Below are positions 51,561 through 63,617 of a stretch of 64,000 nucleotides of DNA, one piece after another. The position numbers and the translations under genes were made by a program. This DNA comes from Lama guanicoe (Eukaryota). Numbering within the stretch: the first letter of the stretch is position 1; every line of letters begins with the position of its first letter. Below the pieces are notes generated by a model. That model was not told where the DNA came from, made no database searches, and saw only the letters and a list, made by a program, of their open reading frames with translations. Location of the stretch: positions 372,001 to 436,000 of the forward strand of contig MU053431.1 of the NCBI GenBank assembly GCA_013239625.1, given 5' to 3'.

Positions 51561-52350
51561 TAACCCGAGCCAGGCTAGCTGGCCGCCACCTGATCCACAG
51601 TTCCGGACCCTGCGGTTTACCTTGGTGAGCGTTTCCTCAGGTGAACCAGATGGGACATCAGTCCTGCAAAATGATTTACCTGGAAAAAAAAGTTTGGAAA
51701 TGCCACAGATGGTCTATTCCCTTGTTAGAGACTCACAGTAAGTATTAGTGCAGTGAGGACTTACTGAATGCTGACTTAATTTTGGAATTCTGTAGTGAAG
51801 AAATGAATTCACATTTGTCCGAGAATAAGATCCCCAAGCTCATTTGCGTGTAGAGCCATGTGTGGGCGCTTGTTAACACGGCCTGGGTCTTCGTGTCCCT
51901 GGGGTGTGCTTCATAAATAATACCGCAAGCTCAGTGTGTTTCTCCACCTGTTTGCATTGTTATTTTGTAGACCTTGTTCTACGATGTATATAGAACATTA
52001 TAGGTTAAAACAATTCACCTGATATTATGAAATTCACCATGTAATTGTCCAAGAGATCTTTGATGTTCATTAAGCCTCTTGTTTGTGTATTTTTATTTAC
52101 GTATTTTTTTAAACTTAGGTGGGAAATAAAAGTGTAGGTTATCTTTACCTAGTTAGCATACATGAAGGCTCTGGTTCCTAAAGGAACAAATGCCCGCTTG
52201 TTCTTTCGTATACTAAGCACAGTGGAGTTCTCTGTTGCAGCAGGGGCCACAAGAAGTCCTTTCTCTGATGGCTCTTATGTTCCAAGTGGGGTGTCAGCCC
52301 TTCCCTGAGAGACAGACCGATAACGAGTTTTACTGTTCCCTTATTTTAAG

Positions 52351-52504
52351 GCCTGTGGGTCGTAATGAAGATGTCATGAGAAGGCTTGACAATTCTAATC
52401 TTTGCTAAGAACGAGTTGCACCTGAGTTAGGGAGAACAAGGTCTACGCCTCGGAGCACTAGCCCCCGAGACTGCTAGTGTGTGCAGTGCCAAACCCATTC
52501 CGAG
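52351..52504 (+). pseudogene. Possible relic exon
   Basis: Acceptor ttcccttattttaag, LW/NEDVMRRL helix A-like, donor gtcaga. Confidence 0.35.
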
Positions 52505-52839
52505 GTCAGACGTTCCGCAGTACTTAGTATTTAGGAGAACTAAACATCTTTCCTTCCTGAAGGTCTCTCATCTCCTTTCACGTGCTCTGTGTGTGTGGCT
52601 GGTCTATCGAGTTCCCCAAACTCGCTTCTCAGGAAGCATCTCGTGACTGTGTTTCATAATTCACGTTTGGGGACATGCTCTTGTGTTCCCTGTGTACATG
52701 TGACATGCCAACATGCCCAGATAAGAGGTTTGTAAGTATGCCAATTTTAGAAGCCCAAAAACTAAGGAAGAAAAAAGGAATCTCGGTGGGAAAAAGTAAG
52801 AATTCTGAGTGATTTGAAGCCTGCAGATGCTTTTACATA

Positions 52840-53480
52840 GTCAATAAAGTAAATCAAAAAGGGGAAAAAGAAATCAATCCGCAAGCTAAAAATAAGCAGA
52901 AACAAATGAACCTAATTTTATATCAAAGTGGTAACATCATAACAGAGAGAAGAATTATTCCCTGTAGTCTCTGAATACAGCAACCTGAATCTAAGTCCTT
53001 GGTGATTATAATTCTAAGATTAAAAAGAACTACAGAGGAGTCGTAAGATTCACTCAGTGGGTTTTTTTAAATAATAGTTTGGTATCATAATCTGACACCA
53101 TTTAATGTACCATTTAGAATAAATAACTGTGTTAACATTATTAGTGCAAATGTATACAAATATATATACATCTAAAATCAGAAAAGACAAGGAATAAACC
53201 CTGTCCTGCTCAATTGGAGTAGGAGACGGTAATGGACCGCGTGATTGAACAACACCCACCCTAGCTGTCTCCATTGAGAGGAGCGTCCCGGGGCAGTAGC
53301 GCACACGCTCAATCTTGTGTTACAAATACCACTTCCATAGGAAGAGGTAGGGTTCAAAGGCGTATAATCGTGTGTCAACGGGAATTCCACTGGATAGACG
53401 TGGGATTATTTGAGCGTCCAAACAACACATTTTTATTGTGAAATATAGAATATAAAACACATGAACCCATAACTGTATTA
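52840..53480 (+). mobile_element. L1MC4a-like 3' region
   Basis: gcagaaacaaatgaacctaattttatatcaaagtggtaacat. Confidence 0.55.
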
Positions 53481-53619
53481 AAGTCCAAAACGGGGCAGAA
53501 CTAATGCAAAGTAAAAACCCAAACAGAGAGTGTGGTGGGTGAGGGAGCAGGCACCCTCTAGATTCCTTTTTAGAAAAGGGTTTGAAACCCCACCACAGAA
53601 GGCACCTGGCTGTGGGCTC

Positions 53620-53952
53620 CAGTTCAGGGAGCCGCCTGGCCCCAGGTTGTGCTGTGTGGGTGGTGGGAGGGCTGAGTGAGGTGGGGGTATAAAGGTCCGG
53701 CCATTTCAGCCCAGCTCGGGGCAGGTGGGCAGCTCCCCGATTCTGGAGGGCTGTGCTGGGTCCAGGATGCAAGCAGAGCCAGAGAAGGAGGGAGACCCAG
53801 GGGGCAGCATCATTTGGGACCCTAGATCCAATCGTACCTGAAGACGTCCTCCGGGACTTTCCAGCAATAAGAACCAGTAAACTCCCTATTTTACTAAGGC
53901 CCATTGGATTTGTGTTTCTTTCCCTTGCAACTCTGAAAGTGCCGAATAAAAC
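53620..53952 (+). mobile_element. Old MLT1 (J/K-like) LTR
   Basis: catcatttgggaccctagatcca..ttgtgtttctttcccttgcaac. Confidence 0.65.
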
Positions 53953-54039
53953 AGATGTAACAGTCAGAAATATGAACAAATTTAGGTGTATGTGTGTGGG
54001 AATCTTAGAAGAATTTTAGTAGGCAAAAAGATGTGATGT

Positions 54040-55090
54040 TTTATTTTTAAATTTTAATTATGAAACATTTCAAATAAGCATGAAAGCACAGAAGATAACA
54101 GAGGAGGTCATCCTTGCACCCACCTCTGAACAGCTATTAACATTCTGTCCTATTTGCCACAGACGTCTTCATCGCGGCGTCTGTGTGGTCGAAAATGTAA
54201 GAGGGGAGGGGGACCTGGCGCCCCTCTGTGCCGTCTCCCAGGCAGGCGCTTTCCCTCAGGGCAGCCGGGACCACCTGTTTTCAGCGAATGTGCTCAGAAA
54301 CATTCGAATGCAGATGCTGGGAATACATTTTATCGCAAACGATAACGTTCACAGACTGACTCCTCTTTGGCTCTTCCCGCAGAACGCACCTTGGAGATGG
54401 TTCGGTGCCGTGCAGGTGGGGCCGCCTCTTCCCCCTGCCCAGCTGTGGCGGGCCCCGCGGGCGCAGCCCTGCCGATCTGTGCTTCGGTCGTGTTGCGCGT
54501 TCGGCCGCGGAGCAGGTGGCTGGCCTCGCGCACCGGCCACTCCCACAGGCGTAGCGCACGTTTCTAGGCGTGGGAAGCCTGTGTCAGAGGTTCTGTATGA
54601 TTGTAGTTTTGATAGATTTGCCAGATGTCCAACGGAGAGGTCATATCAATTTGTGCTCCCGCTGGTAGTACACGAAAGAATCGATTCCACAAATTCTGGT
54701 CAGCTTTGGGTTATTGCATTTTTGCTGACGTGATCACTAAAAAAAGTCACGTTGAGGTTGTTGAAGTTGCATTTCACGTTGAGCGTCATTTTACACGTTT
54801 AAGAACCACTGGTGTTTTATTTTCTGTGAACTGTCTGTATTTTGTGCCCACTTTTCTGCTGGGCTTTTGGGTTTTTTTTAAACTGTCCGAAACTCTCTCT
54901 CTCTCTCCCCCTCCCTCCCTACCTCTCTCTTTCATCTTTTTTAAATTGGCCCTGTGCGACATAAATAGCAGATGTGTTCCACATTTTCTCATTCGTCTTT
55001 TTACTTTTTGTAATGGTGATTTTTTTATCGTGTGGAATTTTTAAAAATTTATTTTTGTGCAGTCAAATTTATCAATCTGTTTTAGGGCTT
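54040..55090 (-). mobile_element. L1ME 3' end and ORF2 fragment
   Basis: ttttaattatgaaacatttcaaa..tgtgcagtcaaatttatcaatct. Confidence 0.7.
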
Positions 55091-55108
55091 TGTGTCACTT
55101 TAGGAAGG

Positions 55109-55497
55109 TATTATGGGATGAACGGTGCCCTCTTTCAGCTCATATGCCGAAATCCTAGCCCCCGTCCCTCAGAACATGGCCGTACTCGGAGACAGGGCCT
55201 TCCATGAGGTGATGAAGGTGAAGGCGGGTACTACGGGTGGGTTCGTGTTCAGCAAGGCTGGCGTCCTTATCAGAAGAGACGAGGACCCAGAAGGACACAG
55301 AGAGAAGACAGCCATCTGCAAGCCAAGGAGAGAGGCCTGGGGCACAGCCTACCCTCCTGGTCCTCAGGGGAAACCAGCCCTGCTGACACCCTGGTCTTGG
55401 ACACCCAGCCTCCAGAATGATGAGGACGGAAATGTCTGTGGTTTAAGGCACCCAGGCTGTGGCCCTGCCTTGCGGCAGCCTGAGCCAGCTAGTAACA
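55109..55497 (+). mobile_element. MLT1B LTR
   Basis: gagaagacagccatctgcaagccaaggagagaggcct..cagcctccagaa. Confidence 0.85.
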
Positions 55498-56300
55498 GAA
55501 GGACCTCTCCCAACAGGGTATTTGAAAAAGCGCAGCGCCCCGTGCACCTCCTGGACATGCAGGCTGTTTGCTGCTGACTCGCTCTGTGTGCTGCTTCCCT
55601 GCCGAGTCCCCTTCAGTGGAGAGCGTCTGCCTCAGAGGGCGCTGCTGCTGCTCAGAGAGGGGCCGGGGCGGAGATGCCAGCCCTCGGCGACGGACTCTCC
55701 CTGGGAGCCCACCCCCAGCCCGTCTGTGCCACCTGCTTGGAGAGCCCTGGCCCCCGACAAAGCGCATGGGCAGCATCTACACTGCCTGTCGTTTGGCCCA
55801 AGAGGAGAGAAGTGGGTTGGAGATCTGTTCATGTAGCTGCTCATCGTGAAAATACGTCCAGTAGCGCTCGCCTCTCAGATGTGGGGAAAGAACCCTTTCC
55901 CTGACTCTGTTCAGCAGCACGTCTCTCTGTCTCGACGCCGAATGGCATCCCTGGGCCACGGGCGCTGAGCCAGACCTTCCTCCGCCCTGGCGAGGAGAAG
56001 TGGCCTCTTCCCGGCTGGTGACTTCTCACCGGGCTGTGTGCACTGTCCCCAGGGAGCAAGCATGTTAGAAAAACCCAGCTCGAGGGGAACTGCGTGCACG
56101 GCCCCGGCCCACGGAGAACCGACTTTGCTTTCTGATCAGGCTGCCGGGCTGGGTATTTATTCACTCCGTCCTGCTCACGGACTCACTCCATCCTGCTCAG
56201 GGACTCATCATGTGGCTCTCAGGTGTCCCCGTCCGTTGTGAGTTGATACTGAAAGTGTGTGATGAAAGAGCCAATTTGTCCTTTTCCCCATCGGACATAG

Positions 56301-56383
56301 ATTTGAGCTAACAAAGAGTCACCACGGAAGCAACCGGTCGTACATCAAAGAGTTTAACTCTGGCAGGCCTTTGAAGAGGCGGG
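56301..56383 (+). pseudogene. Relic exon, penultimate spectrin repeat
   Basis: Acceptor ...catag and donor gtgagc. FELTK/KQPVV vs DMD RELKTKEPVI. Confidence 0.5.
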
Positions 56384-56530
56384 GTGAGCACGTGGGAATT
56401 GTGTTCTGAGGGGGCCGTGCGGCTTTAGAGCACCACGGGACTTTTGTGGCCATGAACAGTGTTTAAATTTTAAATAGCTCTTCAATAAGTTCTTTCAACC
56501 TCTCCCTTTCTCTCCTCCTCCCACAATTAG

Positions 56531-56739
56531 ATGGTAAATAGGACCAGACGGGATTGGACCCAGCACAGTCATCGTGGTCAGTGTGTGGTGCTGCCAGAGG
56601 ATGGATGAGGGGACATAGTTCACTTTCCACGCCCAGCACGTTGGGTCAGATGAGCTGGACTCTCTGTGTGCATCTGCCACGGGGCCCCTCAGCGCCCTTC
56701 CAAGACCCTGCTCCGGCGACCCATCAGTCAGTCCTGCAG
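56531..56739 (+). pseudogene. Relic exon, start of last spectrin repeat
   Basis: Long polypyrimidine acceptor. DELDSLCASA..PCSGD/SVLQ vs DMD DELDLKLRQA..PVGDLLIDSLQ. Confidence 0.6.
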
Positions 56740-56959
56740 GCACGGCGATGCTTTCTGGATGCACTTCAGATCCGCCCTTATAAGGCGCTCTGGGACAAAG
56801 CTCAGGAATTAAACGTGGACACTGGACGGCTACTTTCAGGTGGCGGGACTCCGTGTCTCTCACTGGCTCCCCACTGAATAGCCAGCATCTAATGTCGTGC
56901 CTGGCACCGAGCAGGGCTCAACTGATATTTATTTCATGAATAAATAAGAAGCATTTGAA

Positions 56960-58450
56960 AAATGGTAGATTAAGTAAAGACCAACCCCTAAAATGAGGAC
57001 AGCTAGAAAAAGTGTACAGCATATTAAAAATTCTCCAAGAGCACAGAGAAAGCCAACAAGATAGTGAGGAATTAGCGGGATAAGACCAGAAACAGCTCAG
57101 CTGAAATTAAGAGATGTTATTCGTCTAAGGTCACAGAAGAAACTGAATCCGGCAGGACCCGAGTCGTTTACAAACACAGGAGAAGTACAGGGATTGGCAC
57201 ACTGTGTGAAATAACCAGGCACATTGAGATGGTGATGCGACGTGCATAAACACGAGCAGAAGATGCAGGAAATGGAGCTACGTTCACAGGGGAGCCAGGA
57301 GCGAGAGCTGTAGGACTGAAAAAAAACTATGATGATCATGTTCAAGGAGGCAGACGCCACTGAGAATTTCTACAAAGAACCTGCCAACTATTAAAAAAAG
57401 AGTTGAAAGTTGTAGGAAAATGCATAAACATTTAGAACAACTCAGTGAACTTAGCATAGATTGGATGCAGAAAGAGTTAGTGGAGTGAGACATAGATCAG
57501 ATGTCAGTGTCAGCAGCTGGTCATTGGCTGACAGACCAGGGGGAGGGCAGGACAGGGTGGAAGAGGCACTGAGGATGCTCAGAGGAGGACTGGCACTTGT
57601 TTAATCTGAAGCCCAGAGAGCAGAGAGAGAACATTCAACAGAGGCAATATTAATTACATTGGCTGGGAACGTTTCAGAGCTAATGAAAGACAAAACTGAT
57701 AGCTCTAAAGAAGCTTTACTACCCCAAACAGGGTAATTTAAAAACATTATGTACTAAGTTACATTAGTGTATAACTTCTGAAAACTAAAGGTGGAGGGAA
57801 ATTTTTTAATTCTTAAAAATAGCCAGAAAAAAAAGGCAAGTTTCCTTAAAAAAAAAAACAACAATTTAACTGGATTTGACAACTCTCTTCTCAACAGTAG
57901 AAATAGAAGCCAGATGTCAGTGAGATTAAAAAGGATTAAAGGACTAACAGAAAATCACTGCCAAGCTAGAATTCTATACCCAGCAAAATAATGACTTTTA
58001 GTGACACAGAGACAGCAAATGCATCTTCAGACAAGACTAACTGAGCAGTTCATCGTCACCAAGCCAGCACTTGCGGAGGTTCTGAACTTGTCCACCAAGC
58101 AAAAGAAGCCAGACTCGGAGCAGCACAGAACACGCCGTTCCTTGTGTCCAAATGTTTTAAAACCCAAACTGTAACGCACGCAGTTGTATCCTTGTGCGCT
58201 TACACTGTAAAGAGAAGGAATGAAGGGATGATGGTAACAGCCGGGGAAGCCCGCTGCTGCTGGGAGGGGGGAGGCGGCGATCCGTGGGGCAGGAGCGGCT
58301 TCTGGAGGAAGCGCCCTTCCATTCTTTGGTCTGGACACTGATGCCCTCGGCGTGTGTCTCATGACCAGTCGCTCAGATGTGTATTTTAAAAATTTACTCT
58401 CTTCTGTATGTGTCATACTCATGGTAGCAAAAATGTTTTAAACATTAAAG
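56960..58450 (+). mobile_element. Old L1M ORF1 region plus 3' end, internally deleted
   Basis: ccaagctagaattctatacccagcaaaa ORF1 C-terminal motif, followed by 3' UTR motifs. Confidence 0.7.
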
Positions 58451-59057
58451 AAACGAGAAAACAACTTAGTATTTGAGTGAAATACCCTTCCAGGCAAGTA
58501 GCTCCATTAGGGACAGGTCTTAGAGAGGACCAGGCAGGTCAAGTGTGTCGCACAGAAGGCAGAGCAGAGCACCAGTGTCTTAGCACAGTCCCCACCACGT
58601 TTCCAAACAAGTTCAGGGTGTGGGATATGCTGGAAGACGCTGACCTGGAATTACTTAGATCCTCTTGTAATGAGGGAGAGAGAGAGAAAAAGAGAGAGGT
58701 GGGGATTTTAAATGTATTTGAGAAGCAATGTATTTCTGTTTTAAAAAAAATCATCAACTGAAAGTGATGAACACTTGTAATCCCACCAGCTGGGTGGGCA
58801 CCTAACGACCTGGCGCAGGCTTACGTCTCCGTGTTGTGTCGGGACACTCGCCTGCCGGTAGCGACGTGGCGCACGGCACGCGAGCGGTTTCCGTAGGTGC
58901 TGGCTTCCTCCTTACCTTCGTCACAGGAAGTTACTTCTATTATTCAGCTTTAAACCTGTGATTCTTATCCAATGCTATAATAAAGGAAGAAGGAGTTCTT
59001 TTTTTTTTAATTCTAAACCTTTGACGTTATGGAACCGGATCGCTGTTGCTGCTACAG

Positions 59058-59271
59058 CAGGGCTGTTTCGCTGACGCATGTCATCGTCATCACCCGGTGT
59101 CACAGGGCACCCCCTGAGGAGGGACGCTGCACTGGGTGCGGTACGAACAGCATTTAACGGGAAGAGACAGCCACAGCAGCCCGCAGAAGAGGAATTATCG
59201 GTGGAAAAAAGGGACTTGACTTTCCTTGGGGAACATTCAATTGCACGTGGACACATGTGCACGTTTTCTCT
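59058..59271 (+). pseudogene. Relic end of rod domain plus first half of WW domain
   Basis: HW/AVRTA..KRQPQQ, then LDFPW(+1)EHSIAR at 59215-59248 vs UTRN VQLPWQRSISH. Confidence 0.6.
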
Positions 59272-59519
59272 GTGACGTGCCTGTCTGAAGAGCAGGCAGG
59301 ACACAGCAGAGCATCGCAGGGTGGAGGGGAGTGAGAAGCCTGGTCATCGCGCGTTTAGGGGGGAAAACAAAACCCCTCCTGCGGGACCCTCTGGGTCGTC
59401 GCCGCTGGTCTTGTGACAGTGACAGAAACCTCCGTGTTGTTGGTTTCCATATTTGTATCTTGCGGGACATCAGCTTTTTAAACCTCTAACGCTTATTCCT
59501 AACAAGCCACTGCTCACGT

Positions 59520-60640
59520 CTATCTGGATCTCGCCCAGGGGCTTCAAAGCACCTGTGGAAGCCCAAACTCCTCATCCCTGCCCCCTCCAGAAGGCTCCTC
59601 TTCTCATTTCCTAAGTGGGACGGCAGCGTCGCCCGTCTTCCCAGCGGGAGTCCTTAGAGCCCTCAGGCGCCCTCTTCTCATCCCACGTCCGTCCGTGAGT
59701 CATCAGCCTCGTAGACTGGTGCTGCAGTATGTTGCCTCCGCGCCCCCTCCCCGTCCCCTCAGCCTCTTTCCCGCTCCAGCTATTGTTGGAGCCTCCTAAA
59801 GGGTCTTGTGGGGTCCTCTCCCTGCCAGACCCATGATGGTATTTCCTTTAAACACGCTGATCCCACCATGTCGCAGCCAAGATCAAAGACCTTGATGATT
59901 CCCCGGCACCTCCAGGACAGTGTCAGACTTGCTAAGCAAGACAGCCAGGCCATCTCCAGACCTGCCCGTCCAGGCTAATACCAGCTGCTCCACTGACTGT
60001 TGCAGATTTCAGCGACCAGGGGTCCGTGTCATCCCCTCACGTGCTGTGTAATTTCATGTCTTTATTTATGGTGTCCTCATTTGCCCGCAATACGCCCCCT
60101 TTTCATTTCAGTCAGAGCAAACTTCTGTTTGTTCTCTAAGGCCTAACACAAATGTGGTCCTTGGTTTCCATGCACCCCTGCAACACCCATCGTGTGCTCT
60201 CCTGCCACGGTCCTGCGTGGAGTGGCTGTTTCGTCACCCACCCCGCACAGTGCTCCTTCACTCTTTCAGCAAGTCGCCGGGGGTCGATTGATTGTGTTTG
60301 CTGGGCCAGGCACGGTTCCAGGCACTGGGAATTCATGCTAGAAGATCAGCTTGGGTCTGAGTCCTTCGGAGCTTACATTCTGTTGGTGGGAAACAGAACT
60401 GAAATCAACACACAAGACCCTTTCAGAACATTGTTGTGAAGAAGGTAAAACAAAGTAATAGGGTAGAAACTGGCGAGATGGGGTCGATCCGGGTGGTGGT
60501 GTGTGGGACGTCCTCTCTGATGAGGTGCCACGTGACAGCATACCTGAATTATGAGAAGTGGCCAGGCATGTGAGGAGGCCATAATGTTTGCTCCAGGGAA
60601 AGGAACAGAGTTTGCAGACACCCGAGTTAGGAACATAACA
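59520..60640. mobile_element. L2 fragments (plus strand, then minus strand)
   Basis: C/T-rich L2 body; gagcttacattctgttgg..ccagggaaaggaacag. Confidence 0.6.
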
Positions 60641-60819
60641 GCGGTGTCCACGGGAGTTCTTTCCAGAAGACCACTTCATCTGTGGCAGGAGCACAGAGAC
60701 CCGGGATGCATCACGCAGTCTTTATGTTACAACTTTTTACGCAGGCGTTCTCCTGGCAGCCCCAAGGGCTTCGATGTACACCTTTGATTACTGTCCGTCT
60801 TCCAGCTGAACTGCCTCAC

Positions 60820-62104
60820 ACGTAATGTAAGAACCTTACAAGTGCGTGATTTCTGTCATACGTTTTACTTGTACACGCGCTATAAGCCCGTGATACATTG
60901 CTACTATTTTTATTTTTGGTAGTAAATTAGTTTTTGAAGTGATTAAAAATAGTCTTTTGTATTTCCTTTCATTTTAACCATTTCTGGAGATCCTCACTCC
61001 TTCCTGTGGAGCCAAGTATGTGTCGTAGCCCTTTCGTCGGAAGAACTTCCTGTAACACACATTTTACTGCATGATAGCTGGTAATAAATTCTCTCTGTTT
61101 TTGTTTGAAAAAAAAAGATTTTTTTTCTTTCGTTACAGAGGGATACCTATACTTGGTATGGAATTCTGGGTTGACCATTTTTTTCCATCTCCTTCAAGAT
61201 TTCATTCTGTTGTTTTCTGGCTCGCATAGTTTCCTAAGAGAAGTCTTCTGAGTTTTTGTTTCTTCCCTCTCTACGTAGCATGCTTTGTTCTCTGGATTCC
61301 TTCAAGATTATCTGTCGCTCTTTGGCTTTGAACAGTTGAGTATGATGTCTGTGTGTTCCTTTTTTGTGTGACTTTTTTCTGGTGTTTGTTTGGGGTTCTC
61401 TGAGCTTCCTTTATTGAAGTATAGTTGATTTACAGTGTTGTGCTGGTTTCTGGGGCACCGCATAGTGATTTAGTTTTACATGCATATATACTCTTTTCCA
61501 TTATAGGTTATTACAAGACATTGAATGTAGCTCCATGTGGTATACAGTAGGCCCTTGTTGCTTATCTATTTTATATGTAATAGTATCTGCTAACCCAACC
61601 CCCTCCTAATTTATCCCTTCCCCCTCTTTCCGCTTTGTTAACCGTAAGTTTGTTTTCTATGTCTGTCTGTTTCTGTTTTATAAATAAGTTGATTTGTTTA
61701 GATTTTCTAGATTGAGCATATGAGTGATATCATGTGATATTTGTCTTTCCCTGTCTGACTTACTTCAGTTAGTGTGACAATCCCAGGTCCAACCATATTG
61801 CTGCAAATCGCAGCATTTCATTCTTTCTATGGGTCAGTAGTGTTCCGTCGTGTATATACGCCACAGCTGCTTCTCCAGTCGTCCGTCGATGGACATTTAG
61901 GTTGTTTCCGTGTCTTGGCTGTTGCACGTAGTGCTGCTGTGAACGTGGGGGTGCAGGTGTCTTTTTGAATCAGAGCTTCCTCCAGATGTACGCCCAGGAG
62001 GGGGACTGCTGGGTCATGTGGTAAGTCTGTTTTAGCTTTTAAGGAACCTCCATTCTCTTTTCCATAGTGGCTGCAACAAGCTACCGTCCCACCAACAATG
62101 TAGG
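60820..62104 (-). mobile_element. Old L1M ORF1 fragment (to about 61410) plus younger camelid/artiodactyl L1 ORF2 C-terminus and 3' UTR
   Basis: Minus ORF LPHDPAVPLLGV..DTCTPTFTAAL..KQPKCPS is the L1 ORF2 C-terminus. Confidence 0.9.
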
Positions 62105-62154
62105 CCCCACCCCACCCCGATCTGTCCTTATCTGTCTTGTGGCTTCTGTTGCAG

Positions 62155-62209
62155 CCCAGACATTCCAAATGCCCATCTGATATTTTGTGAAAAGGAGTCA
62201 GCTGTGTGG
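62155..62209 (+). pseudogene. Relic small exon, second half of WW domain
   Basis: Acceptor ggcttctgttgcag. QTFQ..H vs QTTCWDHP. About 55 nt, similar to the small DMD exon at this position. Confidence 0.4.
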
Positions 62210-62870
62210 GCACGGCATGCTTTCAGGGGGACAGAAGCCTGAGTTCACAGTTTAAGTGCAGTGAGTCGAGCCCTTGCTGTGAGGCTCTGCGTGGCCCAGT
62301 CTGCGTGCGTCCTCACACTTGATCTCCCAGGAGTGCCGCGTGTGAGCGTCAACTAGTCCCCTTTGGTAGCAAATGCCGGTCTCGCTGGGTCCCTGCGGTC
62401 AGGCCTGGTGCTTAGGGAGAGTGGCCCGTGGGCCAGCACAGACGGTCTTCCTTACATGTGTGTCCCCCATGTTGTGCTTGCTCCTCAGCACGAAAGAAAT
62501 GAGTCTCTCCCAGACTTGGTCCAGTGGACGTTGACGTGCTGATGTAGAAGATGCAGTGCTCTGTCAGTCAGCACCGATCTGCCTCGGAGCTGCCGACCCT
62601 GGGTGGGTGCATTTCCAGCCCTGCTGCTCCGTCAGACTAGGACCACCCAGGAGAGTCCCCTCCTGGGAAGGAGGGCACAGGGCTCCGTGAGGACCTCGGC
62701 CCAAGTCCACCCAAGGACAGGCTCTTATTTTTGTACAGAAAACGATTGACTGGAACACACCAGCCCAGCCAGCAGTGGGGCTGAGCCGGACAGTCCCCGA
62801 ATCTCCTGCTGAGCCAGGTACAAATACCACGTGGACGAGAAACTAGAAAAGAGCCTTATGTGTCTCTAAG

Positions 62871-62937
62871 GGGAGATGCCGAGACTAATTCGAAACCTGT
62901 CATCTCATTTCTGTGGAAATGGGTGCATCTGCTCTGT
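62871..62937 (+). pseudogene. Possible relic exon, EF-hand region start
   Basis: tctctaag...LWKWVHLLC|gtaagt vs KLRRLQKALC. Weak. Confidence 0.3.
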
Positions 62938-63080
62938 GTAAGTGCTGGATTAAAGGGCCGGGCGAGGAAGGGGAGCCCCCAAAGCCGCCTTGTCATCATC
63001 CACCATCGCTCTTTGCTAGTTACTAGAGCAACCCGAGCTGTGGCTGGGTGCCAGCAGCCAGGAGGTTCAGGTCGACTGCC

Positions 63081-63120
63081 TGTGTCAGTCAGGGTTCTCT
63101 AGGGGAACAGAACCAACAGA

Positions 63121-63151
<31 letters not shown>

Positions 63152-63617
63152 TGGATAAATAGATACATATCAGGAGACTGATTGTAGGAATTGGCCCGCA
63201 TGGATATGGAAGCTGGTGAGTCCCACCGCTGGCCGTCTGCAAGCTGGAGACCCAGGAAAGCCGGTGGTGTAATTCAGTCCAAGTCCAGAGGCCCAGGAGA
63301 TAGTTGGGAAGGGGGAAGGGCAGGTGATGACTTAAGTATTGGTCCAAGTCCGAGGGTCTGAGAACCAGGGGCTCTGATGTCCAAGGGCAGGAGAAGCGGA
63401 TAGCTCAGCTCAAGCAAAGAGAGCAAATTGGTCCTCTGTCTTTTTGTTCCGTTCAGTCCCTCAACAGATGGGGTGATGCCCGCCTAACCGGTGAGGGCCG
63501 TCTTCTCTAACTAGTCTCTGGTTCACACGCTCATCTCTTCTGGAGACATCCTCGCAAACATCCCAGAACTGGTGCCTTGCCCGCTCTCTGGGCACGCCTT
63601 CTCCCAGTCACATAAAC
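63081..63617 (-). mobile_element. MLT2B-like ERVL LTR with internal (GACA)n
   Basis: gtcagggttctctag..ctgcaagctggagacccaggaaagccggtggtgtaattcagtcc. Confidence 0.85.
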
